From an uncultured Aquimarina sp. (GTDB taxonomy: Bacteria; Bacteroidota; Bacteroidia; Flavobacteriales; Flavobacteriaceae): a stretch of 64,000 bases of DNA. The stretch is from the NCBI GenBank assembly GCA_937958985.1, contig CALGLV010000012.1, positions 23,385-87,384 of the forward strand. Direction: 5' to 3'. Shown here piece after piece: positions 50,526 through 59,956 of this stretch. Made by a program: the position numbers and the translations under genes. Every line of letters starts with the position of its first letter. Position 1 is the first letter of the stretch. The notes below the pieces were generated by a model, which was given only the letters and a program-made list of their open reading frames with translations, did no database searches and was not told the DNA's origin.

Positions 50526-51305
50526 TTATAAAGTTAAGGTAGTATGTTTTGTTTTTTGATTATTCACAAAATCAGCATTGGCTATATGTACTTCTGCAAC
50601 GTTTTTATGTAATGCATCAAAACAATTTTCCATTTTAGGAAGCATTCCATCAGCAATAATTCCTGCTGCTTTTAAAGAAATATACTTTTCAGAATCTATG
50701 CTTTCTATAACCGAATCTTTATCATTAATATTAGTAAGCACCCCTTTCAATTCAAAACAGTAATAGAGTGATACTTCATAATAACTACTCATTGCAACCG
50801 CTATTTTCGAAGCAATCGTATCGGCATTCGTATTAAATAACTGTCCGTTTTCGTCGTGCGTAATAGCACAAAAAACAGGAGTTAGTCCATTGGCTAAAAA
50901 TTGATGAATCCGATCTTCATTTACACTAATAACATCACCTACAAAACCATAATCAATATCCTTTACAGGACGTTTAACTGCGGTAATTAAGTTGGCATCT
51001 GCCCCTGTAAAACCAATAGCATTACAAGTTTGCGTTGCTTGTAATTGAGCTACAATATTTTTATTTATTAAGCCCGCATATAACTGAACTACAACATCTA
51101 AATTTTCTTTAGAGGTAATTCTTCTACCATTAATCATTTCGGTTTTAACCCCTAATTTTTCTGCAACACGAGTGGCTATTTTTCCACCACCGTGAATTAA
51201 TATTTTAGGCTGATCAATAGCTGCAAAATCCTTTAAAAAAGAAGCTAATGCTTCTTCATTATCTACAATATTTCCTCCTATTTTAGCTACGAGTAATTTT
51301 TCCAT
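50526..51305 (-). CDS. argB: Acetylglutamate kinase
   Basis: KIGG, IHGGG, GRRIT, NTNADTIA, GMLPK. Confidence 0.93.
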   Translation of the reverse strand: MEKLLVAKIGGNIVDNEEALASFLKDFAAIDQPKILIHGGGKIATRVAEKLGVKTEMINGRRITSKENLDVVVQLYAGLINKNIVAQLQATQTCNAIGFTGADANLITAVKRPVKDIDYGFVGDVISVNEDRIHQFLANGLTPVFCAITHDENGQLFNTNADTIASKIAVAMSSYYEVSLYYCFELKGVLTNINDKDSVIESIDSEKYISLKAAGIIADGMLPKMENCFDALHKNVAEVHIANADFVNNQKTKHTTLTL

Positions 51306-51351
51306 TTATTGACTTTTGGTAACATTATAAACAAGCAAACTGCTGCAGCGT

Positions 51352-52302
51352 TTATAATGATTCTAATATTTTTTTAATTGCTATTTGAGCTGCGTAAGTA
51401 CGATTATTCGCTTGTTTAATCACTAACGAGTTTTCACTATCAATAACGGCATCATCTACAATTACATTTCTACGAACAGGCAGGCAATGCATAAATTTAC
51501 CATTATTAGTCAATGCCATTTTGTCTGCACTAATTCTCCAACTAGCATCAGTGTTCATTACTTTTCCATAATTTTCGTCCGCAAAAGGACTCCAATTTTT
51601 TACGTAAATAAAGTCTGCATTTTCAAAAGCTTCCTTTTGATTATGAGTCACCGTTGCCTTACCTACAAATTGAGGATCTAACTCATACCCTTCTGGGTGT
51701 GTAATTACGAAATCAAAATCAGAAGCATTTGCATATTGAGCAAAGCTATTGGCAACAGCCTGCGGTAAAGCCTTTGGGTGTGGCGCCCAACTTAATACGA
51801 CTTTTGGTTTCGATTTTGTATTGTGCTCTGCTATAGTAATCATATCTGTAAGTGCTTGTAATGGGTGTCCAATAGCACTTTCCATGTTTAATATAGGTAC
51901 CGAAGCGTATTTCATAAAAGCTGCTAATACTTGCTCTTGGTAATCTTCTTCTTTATTTTCAAACTTAGCAAAAGCTCGTATAGCAATAATATCGGCATAT
52001 TGTGAAACCACCTGCGCTGCTTCAATTACATGCTCGGACTTTCCTTGGTCCATAACTTCTCCGTCACCATACTCCAACTGCCAACCTTCGGAACCAAAGT
52101 TCATAATCATCACATTCATACCCAAGTTTAAAGCTGCTTTTTGAGTACTTAAACGCGTACGTAAACTGTTGTTAAAGAATAATAAACAAATGGTTTTATC
52201 TGCTCCCAAAGATTTGTGAGCTAACGGTTTTTCTTTTAATACTATAGCCTCTTCAACCCAATTTTGAAGGTTATCAATATCGTTTATGTCAAAATAATTC
52301 AT
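51352..52302 (-). CDS. argF: N-acyl-ornithine carbamoyltransferase (ArgF'; N-succinyl type predicted)
   Basis: SLRT carbamoyl-phosphate motif, HPLQ, WAPHPKALPQAV, HCLPVRR. Confidence 0.85.
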   Translation of the reverse strand: MNYFDINDIDNLQNWVEEAIVLKEKPLAHKSLGADKTICLLFFNNSLRTRLSTQKAALNLGMNVMIMNFGSEGWQLEYGDGEVMDQGKSEHVIEAAQVVSQYADIIAIRAFAKFENKEEDYQEQVLAAFMKYASVPILNMESAIGHPLQALTDMITIAEHNTKSKPKVVLSWAPHPKALPQAVANSFAQYANASDFDFVITHPEGYELDPQFVGKATVTHNQKEAFENADFIYVKNWSPFADENYGKVMNTDASWRISADKMALTNNGKFMHCLPVRRNVIVDDAVIDSENSLVIKQANNRTYAAQIAIKKILESL

Positions 52303-52363
52303 AATGTAATTGTAAGCATAAAGCCATATAGAACAGCGTTCTAATCATAGACTCATTTTATAG

Positions 52364-52371
52364 CAAAAATA
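52364..52371 (-). promoter_or_regulatory. -7 promoter element (TATTTTTG) for argF'-argB-argE-argH
   Basis: TAnnTTTG match about 60 nt upstream of the argF' ATG. Confidence 0.5.
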
Positions 52372-52571
52372 GGGTTTTACCTTTTAGAATAGAAATAGAA
52401 AAACCGCTTTTAATTTTTCATTAATAAAATATAGTTTTTCTATAAAGTGGCGCTAAAATACTTTTGAATATGGTTTTTCATGAAATACAAAAAATTTATT
52501 TATAATACGGAATATAAAAATCACTTTACTTTCAGTAAGTTGTTTATATTTAATATATTAAAACCAACTTA

Positions 52572-53465
52572 ATGAAACTTCATAAATCTACTTTTGTGAG
52601 GATACTGATTATTGTTATAGTCCTAGTATTCACTTTACTTTCTTACAGTAACTATTTTCACGATGAAGCCTCTGAAATACTTACTATTGCCAACTCTAAA
52701 ATAGCCGAAAGTTCTAAATTTATTTTTGACTTAAAGAAAGGAATCAGTTTTTTTAGCTCAAGTAAAATCCCATTAATTAAAGGCTATGCCCAAGTATCGC
52801 TAACGGACCTAAATAAAATATCTAGTTATTTAACTGTTTCACAGGTATTACTAAAATTACAATTATTGATTTTAAAATTAGCAAACTTTAAACTCTTAAA
52901 AATTCTCCCATTACTATTATGCGTTGGTTTATTTTTAAATCGTTTCAAATTAATAGCACTCAAACTAATTATTGTATGCCTGTTTTTATCTCCAGGACTT
53001 TCTTTATTTACTCACGTAATTCACGATATAACAGAAGCTATTAATAACAAAAAATTAGGGGTTGACTTACACCAAAAAATAGAGACCACTAAAGAAGCTT
53101 TTTTCAAAAAAGAAGAACAGCTGAAAATTCATCAAAAAAACATACAAAATCAGCAATTGCTAAATGCAGAAGCAGCAGGTAAAAAAAGAATTAGTGCCTT
53201 TAAACGACTTCAAGATAAGGTAGTTAATGTTGTAGAAAAAACTGCTTTAAAAATTAAAGAGGATACTCAGTTAATTGAAGAAGTTATACTGATAAATACA
53301 GAAAAGTTACTATTACATTTAATACAATTTTTAAGTTCCCTCCTATTATTGGTAGTTATTTTGCCTCTTTTATATTTTTATGGAATTAAAAAATTAATAC
53401 AAAAAATATTTTCATTTAATATCGAATCTTTCTTAAACCAACTTATAACTAAAAATAACTCGTAA
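52572..53465 (+). CDS. Uncharacterised multi-TM membrane protein with a coiled-coil segment
   Basis: About four hydrophobic segments around a charged helical region; TAATG overlap with the next gene. Confidence 0.65.
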   Translation: MKLHKSTFVRILIIVIVLVFTLLSYSNYFHDEASEILTIANSKIAESSKFIFDLKKGISFFSSSKIPLIKGYAQVSLTDLNKISSYLTVSQVLLKLQLLILKLANFKLLKILPLLLCVGLFLNRFKLIALKLIIVCLFLSPGLSLFTHVIHDITEAINNKKLGVDLHQKIETTKEAFFKKEEQLKIHQKNIQNQQLLNAEAAGKKRISAFKRLQDKVVNVVEKTALKIKEDTQLIEEVILINTEKLLLHLIQFLSSLLLLVVILPLLYFYGIKKLIQKIFSFNIESFLNQLITKNNS

Positions 53466-54271
53466 TGAAAAAAATAATCCTACTATTAAGTGTTACAGCT
53501 TTACTAACCGTAGCTTGTAATAAGCAGCAAAAATTAGAAGTAAATCAAAATCAATTAGAAAAAAAGCAAACCATTGACATTACTACTAATAAAAAAACAG
53601 ACGAAACTTCTTTAAAAGTCACTAAAACTGATGAGCCAATACTAGGTATTGATGTTTCTCATTTCCAAGGAGATGTAAATTGGAAAAAAATAAAGGAAGC
53701 TGGAATTCAATTCTGTTATGCGAAAGCTACACAGGGGAGTACTTATAAAGACCCCAAATTTACAGAAAATAAAGTAAATACTATAAAAGCAGCCCTTTTA
53801 CATGGTGCTTATCATTTTTACGTAGCTAAAGATAATCCTAAACAACAAGCTCATAACTTTTTAAGTACACTCACAAACATTGATAAAAGATTAATGTTAT
53901 TACCCATGCTAGATTTAGAACAAGGATCTATAAAAAACAAAATAACAGACATTAAAACTTTTCAGAATGATATTTTATTGTGGCTAAACGAAGTTGAAAA
54001 AGAGTTGGGTGTAAAACCTATTATTTACACAAATAATCCTTTTGCAAAAACGTATTTAGTAAATGAAAAATTTTCGGATTACAAACTTTGGCTTGCAGAA
54101 TACGGTGTGAAAAAACCTAAAACTCCTATAACTTGGAAATCTAAAGGATGGTCTATATGGCAACGATCGGAAAGAGGTAAAATTAATGGTGCTACAGGTA
54201 ATGTAGATCATGATATTGTAAATAAAAAACATTCACTTGAAGACTTTTTATATTTGCATGAAAGTAATTAA
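53465..54271 (+). CDS. GH25 lysozyme/muramidase lipoprotein
   Basis: LTVA-C lipobox, GIDVSHFQG, KATQG, GAYHF, catalytic DLE, WLAEY, VDHD. Confidence 0.9.
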   Translation: MKKIILLLSVTALLTVACNKQQKLEVNQNQLEKKQTIDITTNKKTDETSLKVTKTDEPILGIDVSHFQGDVNWKKIKEAGIQFCYAKATQGSTYKDPKFTENKVNTIKAALLHGAYHFYVAKDNPKQQAHNFLSTLTNIDKRLMLLPMLDLEQGSIKNKITDIKTFQNDILLWLNEVEKELGVKPIIYTNNPFAKTYLVNEKFSDYKLWLAEYGVKKPKTPITWKSKGWSIWQRSERGKINGATGNVDHDIVNKKHSLEDFLYLHESN

Positions 54272-54297
54272 GCTCCTAACTAGGAGTTTAATTACTT
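54262..54297. terminator. Inverted repeat between convergent GH25 and proB genes
   Basis: aagtaattaagctccta-ac-taggagtttaattactt. Confidence 0.55.
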
Positions 54298-54353
54298 GTA
54301 TTTTCGAAATCAACACGTTTTAGAGTGGTAAAGAAAATTATATTACTCAAAAA

Positions 54354-55127
54354 TTAAGAATTAATTCGAGTAAAAGCAGTTTTATTTTGTTTAGAATCAA
54401 CTAAAAAACCATCTCTCAAACCATTTACAATCCAGGTTTCAATACCTGCTTTTTTAGCGATTTCTACTGCTACAATTTTTGATTGCATACCTCCTGTACC
54501 GTGACTGGATTTGATATCAGAAACTTCTTCTGCTAACAAAGAAATATCTGTCACTTCTTTTATAGTTTCAGGAATGCCTAGCTTCATTGAAGCCTTGGTA
54601 TAAATACCATCAGTATTCGTGGCAATTACAAATAAATCAACATTTAACAAGGCTGCAGTTAGTGCTGCAAGTTTATCATTATCCCCAAATTTTATTTCTT
54701 CTGTGGAAACGGTATCATTTTCATTAATTATAGGAATATAATTATTTTCTAATAACACCGAAATTGTATTTGATATATTGGTTTGTGTTTTTTTATTCTC
54801 AAAATCGGCGTAGGACAATAAACACTGAGCTGTTAACAAATCGTGTGTGGCAAATACATCTTGAAACATACGCATTAAATAGGGCTGACCAATACTGGCC
54901 AAAGCTTGTTTTACCTGTATATCAACGCTAGCTTCTTGCAAGTTTACAAATTCCTTTGCTGCGGCAATAGCACCCGAACTTACAATTACAAAATCATACT
55001 CGTTTCGTAACTGCGCGATCTGTTGCGCCAAATCGGCCAATTTCTCTTTAGAAATGGTATCTGTTTCCTTAGTAAGCGTATTGCTCCCTATTTTTAAAAG
55101 AATACGTTTTTTATCGGATTTGCCCAT
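54354..55127 (-). CDS. proB: Glutamate 5-kinase (no PUA domain)
   Basis: KIGS, VSSGAI, PIINENDTV, FGDNDKLAA, GTGGMQSK. Confidence 0.93.
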   Translation of the reverse strand: MGKSDKKRILLKIGSNTLTKETDTISKEKLADLAQQIAQLRNEYDFVIVSSGAIAAAKEFVNLQEASVDIQVKQALASIGQPYLMRMFQDVFATHDLLTAQCLLSYADFENKKTQTNISNTISVLLENNYIPIINENDTVSTEEIKFGDNDKLAALTAALLNVDLFVIATNTDGIYTKASMKLGIPETIKEVTDISLLAEEVSDIKSSHGTGGMQSKIVAVEIAKKAGIETWIVNGLRDGFLVDSKQNKTAFTRINS

Positions 55128-56307
55128 TACCGTGTACATACCATTTGTTAGTAACTAAGTGTTGTAATCCTATTGGTCCGCGTTGATGTAGCTTATCTGT
55201 TCCTATGGCTAGTTCCCCTCCTAAACCAAATTCAAAACCATCGGTAAATCGTGTTGAAGCATTGTGATATACCGCACCACAATCCACTGCTGCCATAAAA
55301 TTATCGGCTGCAGCTTCTGCTGAAGTTACAATAGTTGCAGAGTGACCTCCGCTATATTTATTAATAAATTCTATTGCAGCTTGAGTGTTGGAAATACTAC
55401 CTAAAACAATTTTATAATCTAAAAATTCTTCATACCAAATAGTATCGTTTTCTATTTGACTTAGGTTTGAAAACGCTTCAAAACTACTATCACAAAGAAT
55501 TTCTACTTTATGCGCTTGTAAACGCTCTAGCAAATCTTTAATGAACTCTTCTCTATTTGGCAAGTCAATATCAATTAATACTTTGTCTACCGCATTACAG
55601 GCTGAAATTTTAGCTGTTTTAGCATTTACAATAATATCCAATGCCATCGCTGTATCGGCATGCTTATGTACGTACACAAAGTTATTTCCTCGACCGCTAA
55701 CAATTACCGGACATTTAGCGTTTTTCTTCACAAAATTAATTAATCGTTCACCTCCACGTGGTACAATTAAATCTAAGGATTGTGTTGGGTTTTCTAAAAA
55801 GGCTTGTGTTTCGGTACGGTTGTAGTTTAAATACTCTACCCAATCTGTTACATTAGTAACTCCATTTTCCGAAAGTGCTTTATGCCAAAGAGAAACAATT
55901 GCTAAATTGGAATTCAACGATTCTTTACCACCTTTTAATAAAATTTTATTACCCGATTTAAAAGCAATTCCTCCTGCTTCAATAGTAACATCGGGTCTAG
56001 ATTCGTAAATAATCATTACTGTTCCAAAGGAAGCGGTACGGTTATAAACTTGCATACCATTATCGTGAGTAAAACGAAAACGCTCTACTCCTACTGGGTC
56101 TTCCAATGCTGCTAATTGACGTAATGATTCTATCATACCATCAATTTTAGCACCATCTACTTTTAAACGATCGCTCATTGCTAAGTCTCCCCCATCATAA
56201 CTATCCATGTCAATTGTATTGGCATCGAGAATAACTTGAGCGTTTTGCTTTACTAAATCTTGCATCGATTTGAGTACTGCGTTACGTTTATCTATACTTA
56301 ATATCAT
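55111..56307 (-). CDS. proA: Glutamate-5-semialdehyde dehydrogenase
   Basis: IYESRPDVT, LKGGKE, SACNA, NASTRFTDG, KLHQRGP. Confidence 0.94.
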   Translation of the reverse strand: MILSIDKRNAVLKSMQDLVKQNAQVILDANTIDMDSYDGGDLAMSDRLKVDGAKIDGMIESLRQLAALEDPVGVERFRFTHDNGMQVYNRTASFGTVMIIYESRPDVTIEAGGIAFKSGNKILLKGGKESLNSNLAIVSLWHKALSENGVTNVTDWVEYLNYNRTETQAFLENPTQSLDLIVPRGGERLINFVKKNAKCPVIVSGRGNNFVYVHKHADTAMALDIIVNAKTAKISACNAVDKVLIDIDLPNREEFIKDLLERLQAHKVEILCDSSFEAFSNLSQIENDTIWYEEFLDYKIVLGSISNTQAAIEFINKYSGGHSATIVTSAEAAADNFMAAVDCGAVYHNASTRFTDGFEFGLGGELAIGTDKLHQRGPIGLQHLVTNKWYVHGNGQIR

Positions 56308-56369
56308 TTTGTAAAAGTTGAGAATTGAAGAATTAATTCTATCAATTTATCATTCGTATTTGAAAATTC

Positions 56370-57506
56370 TTAATTTGTAATTGAAACTATTTCTTTTACT
56401 GCTTCAATAAATTTATCGATTTCAGTAGTTTGTATAGTTAATGGAGGTAAAATCCTCAATACATTTTTATTTTTCGCTCCGCCAGTAAACATACGTTTCT
56501 CGTAGATTAACTGCTTACGCAACTCACCTACTTCGTAGTCGAATTCAATACCTAACATTAAGCCGCGCCCTTTTAGCATTTTTACCCCTGGGATTTCCTG
56601 AGCTTTTTGCATGAAGTAATTTCCTGTTAAGGCTGCTTTATCTATTAAATTTTCTTTTTCTAACACATCTAACACCGCTATACAAGCTGCACATGCTAAA
56701 TGGTTTCCTCCAAAAGTGGTTCCTAATAAACCGTATTTAGATTTAATGTGTGGCGCGATTAAAATTCCCCCTATAGGAAATCCGTTACCCATACCTTTTG
56801 CCATCGAAATAATATCTGGATTGATTCCATGATGTTGGAATCCAAAGAATTTACCGCTTCGCCCAAAACCAGATTGTACTTCATCTAAAATTAAGCACGT
56901 ATTATTTGCTTTACACAATTGCTCTAGTCCCTGAAAAAATTCAGTTTCTGCTTCATCCAAACCTCCTACTCCTTGTATCGGTTCTATTATTACTGCACAA
57001 ACGTCGTTTTTCTTTAATTCTGCTTCAACAGCACTTAAATTACCCATAGGTAAAATAGTTACTTCCTGTTGTGCGTTTATTGGTGCTATAATTGCTTTGT
57101 TATCGGTAGCCGCTACTGCTGCAGATGTTCTACCATGAAAACCGTTAGTAAATGCAACTACTCTGTGCTTTCCATTATGAAAAGAAGCTAATTTTAATGC
57201 ATTTTCATTAGCTTCAGCCCCCGAGCTGCATAAAAACAATTCGTATTCGTCGCAACCCGAAAGTTTCCCTAATTTATCGGCCAATTCTTTTTGTAAAGAA
57301 TTATGAACCGCATTACTATAAAAACCAATATTATCGAGTTGACTTTTTAGTTTGTTTACATAATGTGGGTGACCGTGACCTATAGATATAACCGCATGAC
57401 CGCCGTATAAATCTAGGTATTCCTTACCTTCTTTATCCCAAACATAACAGTCTTCTGCCTTTACAGGGTCAACATTATAGAGTGGGTAAACATCAAATAA
57501 TTTCAT
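56370..57506 (-). CDS. argD: (Acyl)ornithine aminotransferase
   Basis: SGAEANE, FHGRT, EPIQGVGG, DEVQSG, AKGMGNG; start moved to MKLFDVY. Confidence 0.88.
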   Translation of the reverse strand: MKLFDVYPLYNVDPVKAEDCYVWDKEGKEYLDLYGGHAVISIGHGHPHYVNKLKSQLDNIGFYSNAVHNSLQKELADKLGKLSGCDEYELFLCSSGAEANENALKLASFHNGKHRVVAFTNGFHGRTSAAVAATDNKAIIAPINAQQEVTILPMGNLSAVEAELKKNDVCAVIIEPIQGVGGLDEAETEFFQGLEQLCKANNTCLILDEVQSGFGRSGKFFGFQHHGINPDIISMAKGMGNGFPIGGILIAPHIKSKYGLLGTTFGGNHLACAACIAVLDVLEKENLIDKAALTGNYFMQKAQEIPGVKMLKGRGLMLGIEFDYEVGELRKQLIYEKRMFTGGAKNKNVLRILPPLTIQTTEIDKFIEAVKEIVSITN

Positions 57507-57512
57507 ATTTTT

Positions 57513-57574
57513 TTGTATTAAGTATAAAATATTCAACACAAAGATTATATACTTTGTACTGATTACTTCCTACT
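57513..57574 (-). repeat. Fold-back 7-nt-periodic array between argC and argD
   Basis: + strand ttgtatt aagtata aaatatt ... atatact ttgtact gattact tcctact. Confidence 0.6.
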
Positions 57575-57576
57575 AT

Positions 57577-58557
57577 TTAAAAGCCACTGCTTTTTAAATT
57601 CAATCCTGTTTTCTCTTCCAGTCCAAACATTAAGTTCATGTTATGAATTGCTTGACCTGAAGCTCCTTTAATTAAATTATCGATAATTGAAGTTACTAAA
57701 ACCATCCCGTCTTTCACCTCAATATGTAGTATACATTTATTGGTGTTTACAACTTGTTTTAAACTAATTGGAGTTTCTGAAATAACGGTAAATTTTGCAT
57801 CAGCATAAAACTCTGTAAACAATTTTGCTGCTTGCTCAGTAGTTCCATCAAATTTGGTATACAGTGTGGCATAAATACCCTTACTAAAATTCCCTCGATT
57901 GGGGACAAAGAAAATAGCATCGTTATGTGAGGCTTGCAATTGCTGCACACTTTGATTAATTTCTCCTAAATGCTGGTGTGAAAACACTTTATAGCTCGAA
58001 AAGTTATTATCTCTCCAGCTAAAATGTGTAGTTGCACCAGGACTTACTCCCGCTCCTGTAGATCCTGTAGTAGCATTTACATGTACTGTATCGTTTATTT
58101 TTTCAGCTTTAGCTAATGGTAATAACGCCAATTGAATTGCTGTTGCAAAACACCCTGGATTGGCTATATTTTTTGCTGACTTTATGTCCTTTAAATTCAA
58201 CTCAGGTAAGCCGTATACGAAATCTCTATTTTGAAACTTCTTATCGGCTAATAAACGGAAATCGTTTCCTAAATCGATAACTTTTGTGTTAGATGAAAAT
58301 TCATTAGCTTCTAAAAAAGCACGCGATCGACCGTGACCTAAACATAAAAATAATACGTCAACCTTTGGGTTTACCTTATCTGTAAATAATATTTCAGAAT
58401 CCCCTATTAAGTCAGCATGAGCAACGTGTAGCGGTTTCCCTGCATTGGTAGTGCTGTATACAAAATCCAACTCTGTATTTGGATGGTGTATCAATAAACG
58501 CAACAGTTCTCCCGCAGTATATCCTGAACCTCCTATTATTCCTACTTTTATTTTCAT
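57577..58557 (-). CDS. argC: N-acetyl-gamma-glutamyl-phosphate reductase
   Basis: GGSGYTAGEL, YGLPE, IANPGCFAT, DNLIKGASGQA. Confidence 0.95.
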   Translation of the reverse strand: MKIKVGIIGGSGYTAGELLRLLIHHPNTELDFVYSTTNAGKPLHVAHADLIGDSEILFTDKVNPKVDVLFLCLGHGRSRAFLEANEFSSNTKVIDLGNDFRLLADKKFQNRDFVYGLPELNLKDIKSAKNIANPGCFATAIQLALLPLAKAEKINDTVHVNATTGSTGAGVSPGATTHFSWRDNNFSSYKVFSHQHLGEINQSVQQLQASHNDAIFFVPNRGNFSKGIYATLYTKFDGTTEQAAKLFTEFYADAKFTVISETPISLKQVVNTNKCILHIEVKDGMVLVTSIIDNLIKGASGQAIHNMNLMFGLEEKTGLNLKSSGF

Positions 58558-58563
58558 TTTTTT

Positions 58564-58612
58564 ATGCTTTTGTCTTTCGGCTTTTAGCGATTCGCTTAGA
58601 GCTTTCGACTTT
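58564..58612 (-). repeat. Degenerate 7-nt tandem array (7 units) just upstream of argC
   Basis: + strand units: atgcttt tgtcttt cggcttt tagcgat tcgctta gagcttt cgacttt. Confidence 0.8.
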
Positions 58613-58652
58613 TTTATTTTCGCTAACAGCGAAGTATTTTAACTTCTAAAGA

Positions 58653-59846
58653 CTATTTATCAAACGTCTTGTTTACATTATGGTAAATCTTGTTTGCATT
58701 ACCATAAATTTTAATGAATCCTTTAGCATCATCTGCCGTCCAACCTTCGTTTACTTCACCGTATTGTCCAAAATCAGATTTCATCAAATCGAAATCAGAC
58801 TCAATACCCACTAAACTAAAGTTATAAGGTTTTAATTCCACAATTACGTCTCCTGTTACAGAGCTTTGAGAATCTTCTAAAAAAGCCTCAATATTACGCA
58901 TTACTGGATCTAAATAATTTCCTTCGTGCAATAACATTCCGTACCAATTGGCCAATTGTTCGCCCCAATATTGTTGCCATTTAGTTTGCGTATGCTTCTC
59001 TAATAAGTGGTGTGCTTTAATAATCACCAAAGGCGCTGCGGCTTCAAAACCAACACGACCTTTAATCCCTATAATAGTATCTCCAACATGGATATCCCTA
59101 CCAATAGCAAATTGAGTGGCTAATACTTCTAATTTTTGAATGTTTTTAACAGGACTGTCTTTTTGACCATTTAAGCCAACTAGTTCTCCTTTTTCAAAAT
59201 TTAAAACAACCTTTTCTGAATCTTCTCTTTTTAATTGACTTGGGTAAGCTTCACTTGGTAATGCTTGGTTGGATGTTAAAGTTTCGGCTCCACCAACACT
59301 TGTTCCCCAAATACCTTTATTAATGGAATATTGAGCTTTTTCCCAAGAGTATTCAACACCGTATTTCTTAAGGTAATCCACCTCCTGTTGACGTGTTAAT
59401 TTTAAATCACGAATTGGAGTAATAATTTCAATATCCGGAGCTAAAGTTTGGAAAATTACATCAAAACGAATTTGATCATTACCTGCACCTGTACTACCGT
59501 GAGCAATATATTTAGCCCCTACAGATTTTGCATATTCAATAACTTCAATAGCTTGAAAAATACGTTCGGCACTAACTGATAAAGGATAGGTATTATTTTT
59601 TAATACATTTCCATAAATTAGGTACTTAACCGCTTTATCATAAAACTTATCTAAAATGGTAAGATTCGCATGAGACTTACTTCCTATTTCATAAGCGCGC
59701 TCTTCGGTTTCTTTTAATTCTTGATCTGAAAAACCACCAGTATTTACTAATACGGTATGAATTTCCATGTTTTTTTCGTGCATTAAATATTTAACGCAAT
59801 ATGTGGTATCTAATCCACCGCTGTATGCTACGACTACTTTTTCCAT
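58653..59846 (-). CDS. argG: Argininosuccinate synthase
   Basis: AYSGGLDT, HGSTGAGNDQIRF, GIKGRVGFEA. Confidence 0.95.
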   Translation of the reverse strand: MEKVVVAYSGGLDTTYCVKYLMHEKNMEIHTVLVNTGGFSDQELKETEERAYEIGSKSHANLTILDKFYDKAVKYLIYGNVLKNNTYPLSVSAERIFQAIEVIEYAKSVGAKYIAHGSTGAGNDQIRFDVIFQTLAPDIEIITPIRDLKLTRQQEVDYLKKYGVEYSWEKAQYSINKGIWGTSVGGAETLTSNQALPSEAYPSQLKREDSEKVVLNFEKGELVGLNGQKDSPVKNIQKLEVLATQFAIGRDIHVGDTIIGIKGRVGFEAAAPLVIIKAHHLLEKHTQTKWQQYWGEQLANWYGMLLHEGNYLDPVMRNIEAFLEDSQSSVTGDVIVELKPYNFSLVGIESDFDLMKSDFGQYGEVNEGWTADDAKGFIKIYGNANKIYHNVNKTFDK

Positions 59847-59853
59847 TATTTTT

Positions 59854-59902
59854 AAGCTTTGGGCTTTCGGTTATTGGCTATTCGCTTTTAACTGTTAGCT
59901 TT
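59854..59902 (-). repeat. Degenerate 7-nt tandem array (7 units) just upstream of argG
   Basis: + strand units: aagcttt gggcttt cggttat tggctat tcgcttt taactgt tagcttt. Confidence 0.8.
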
Positions 59903-59956
59903 TTTATTTTATTACAGTTGATTAATACAACTTTACTATTTTAATTCTATAAGAAA

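Noticed and set aside
53465-54271. GH25 lysozyme as a prophage endolysin
   Set aside because: It has a lipoprotein signal and no phage structural, integrase or replication genes are nearby
43-58642. Short ORFs in the track overlapping real genes (e.g. 43-267, 2412-2675, 15027-15284, 16420-16614, 17346-17633, 48978-49292, 55541-55825, 58445-58642)
   Set aside because: Antisense or alternate-frame shadows of well-supported genes, with no motifs
49262-59902. Heptamer arrays as CRISPR or simple VNTRs
   Set aside because: No repeat-spacer structure or cas genes; units are too divergent for recent slippage. Reported as periodic arrays instead.
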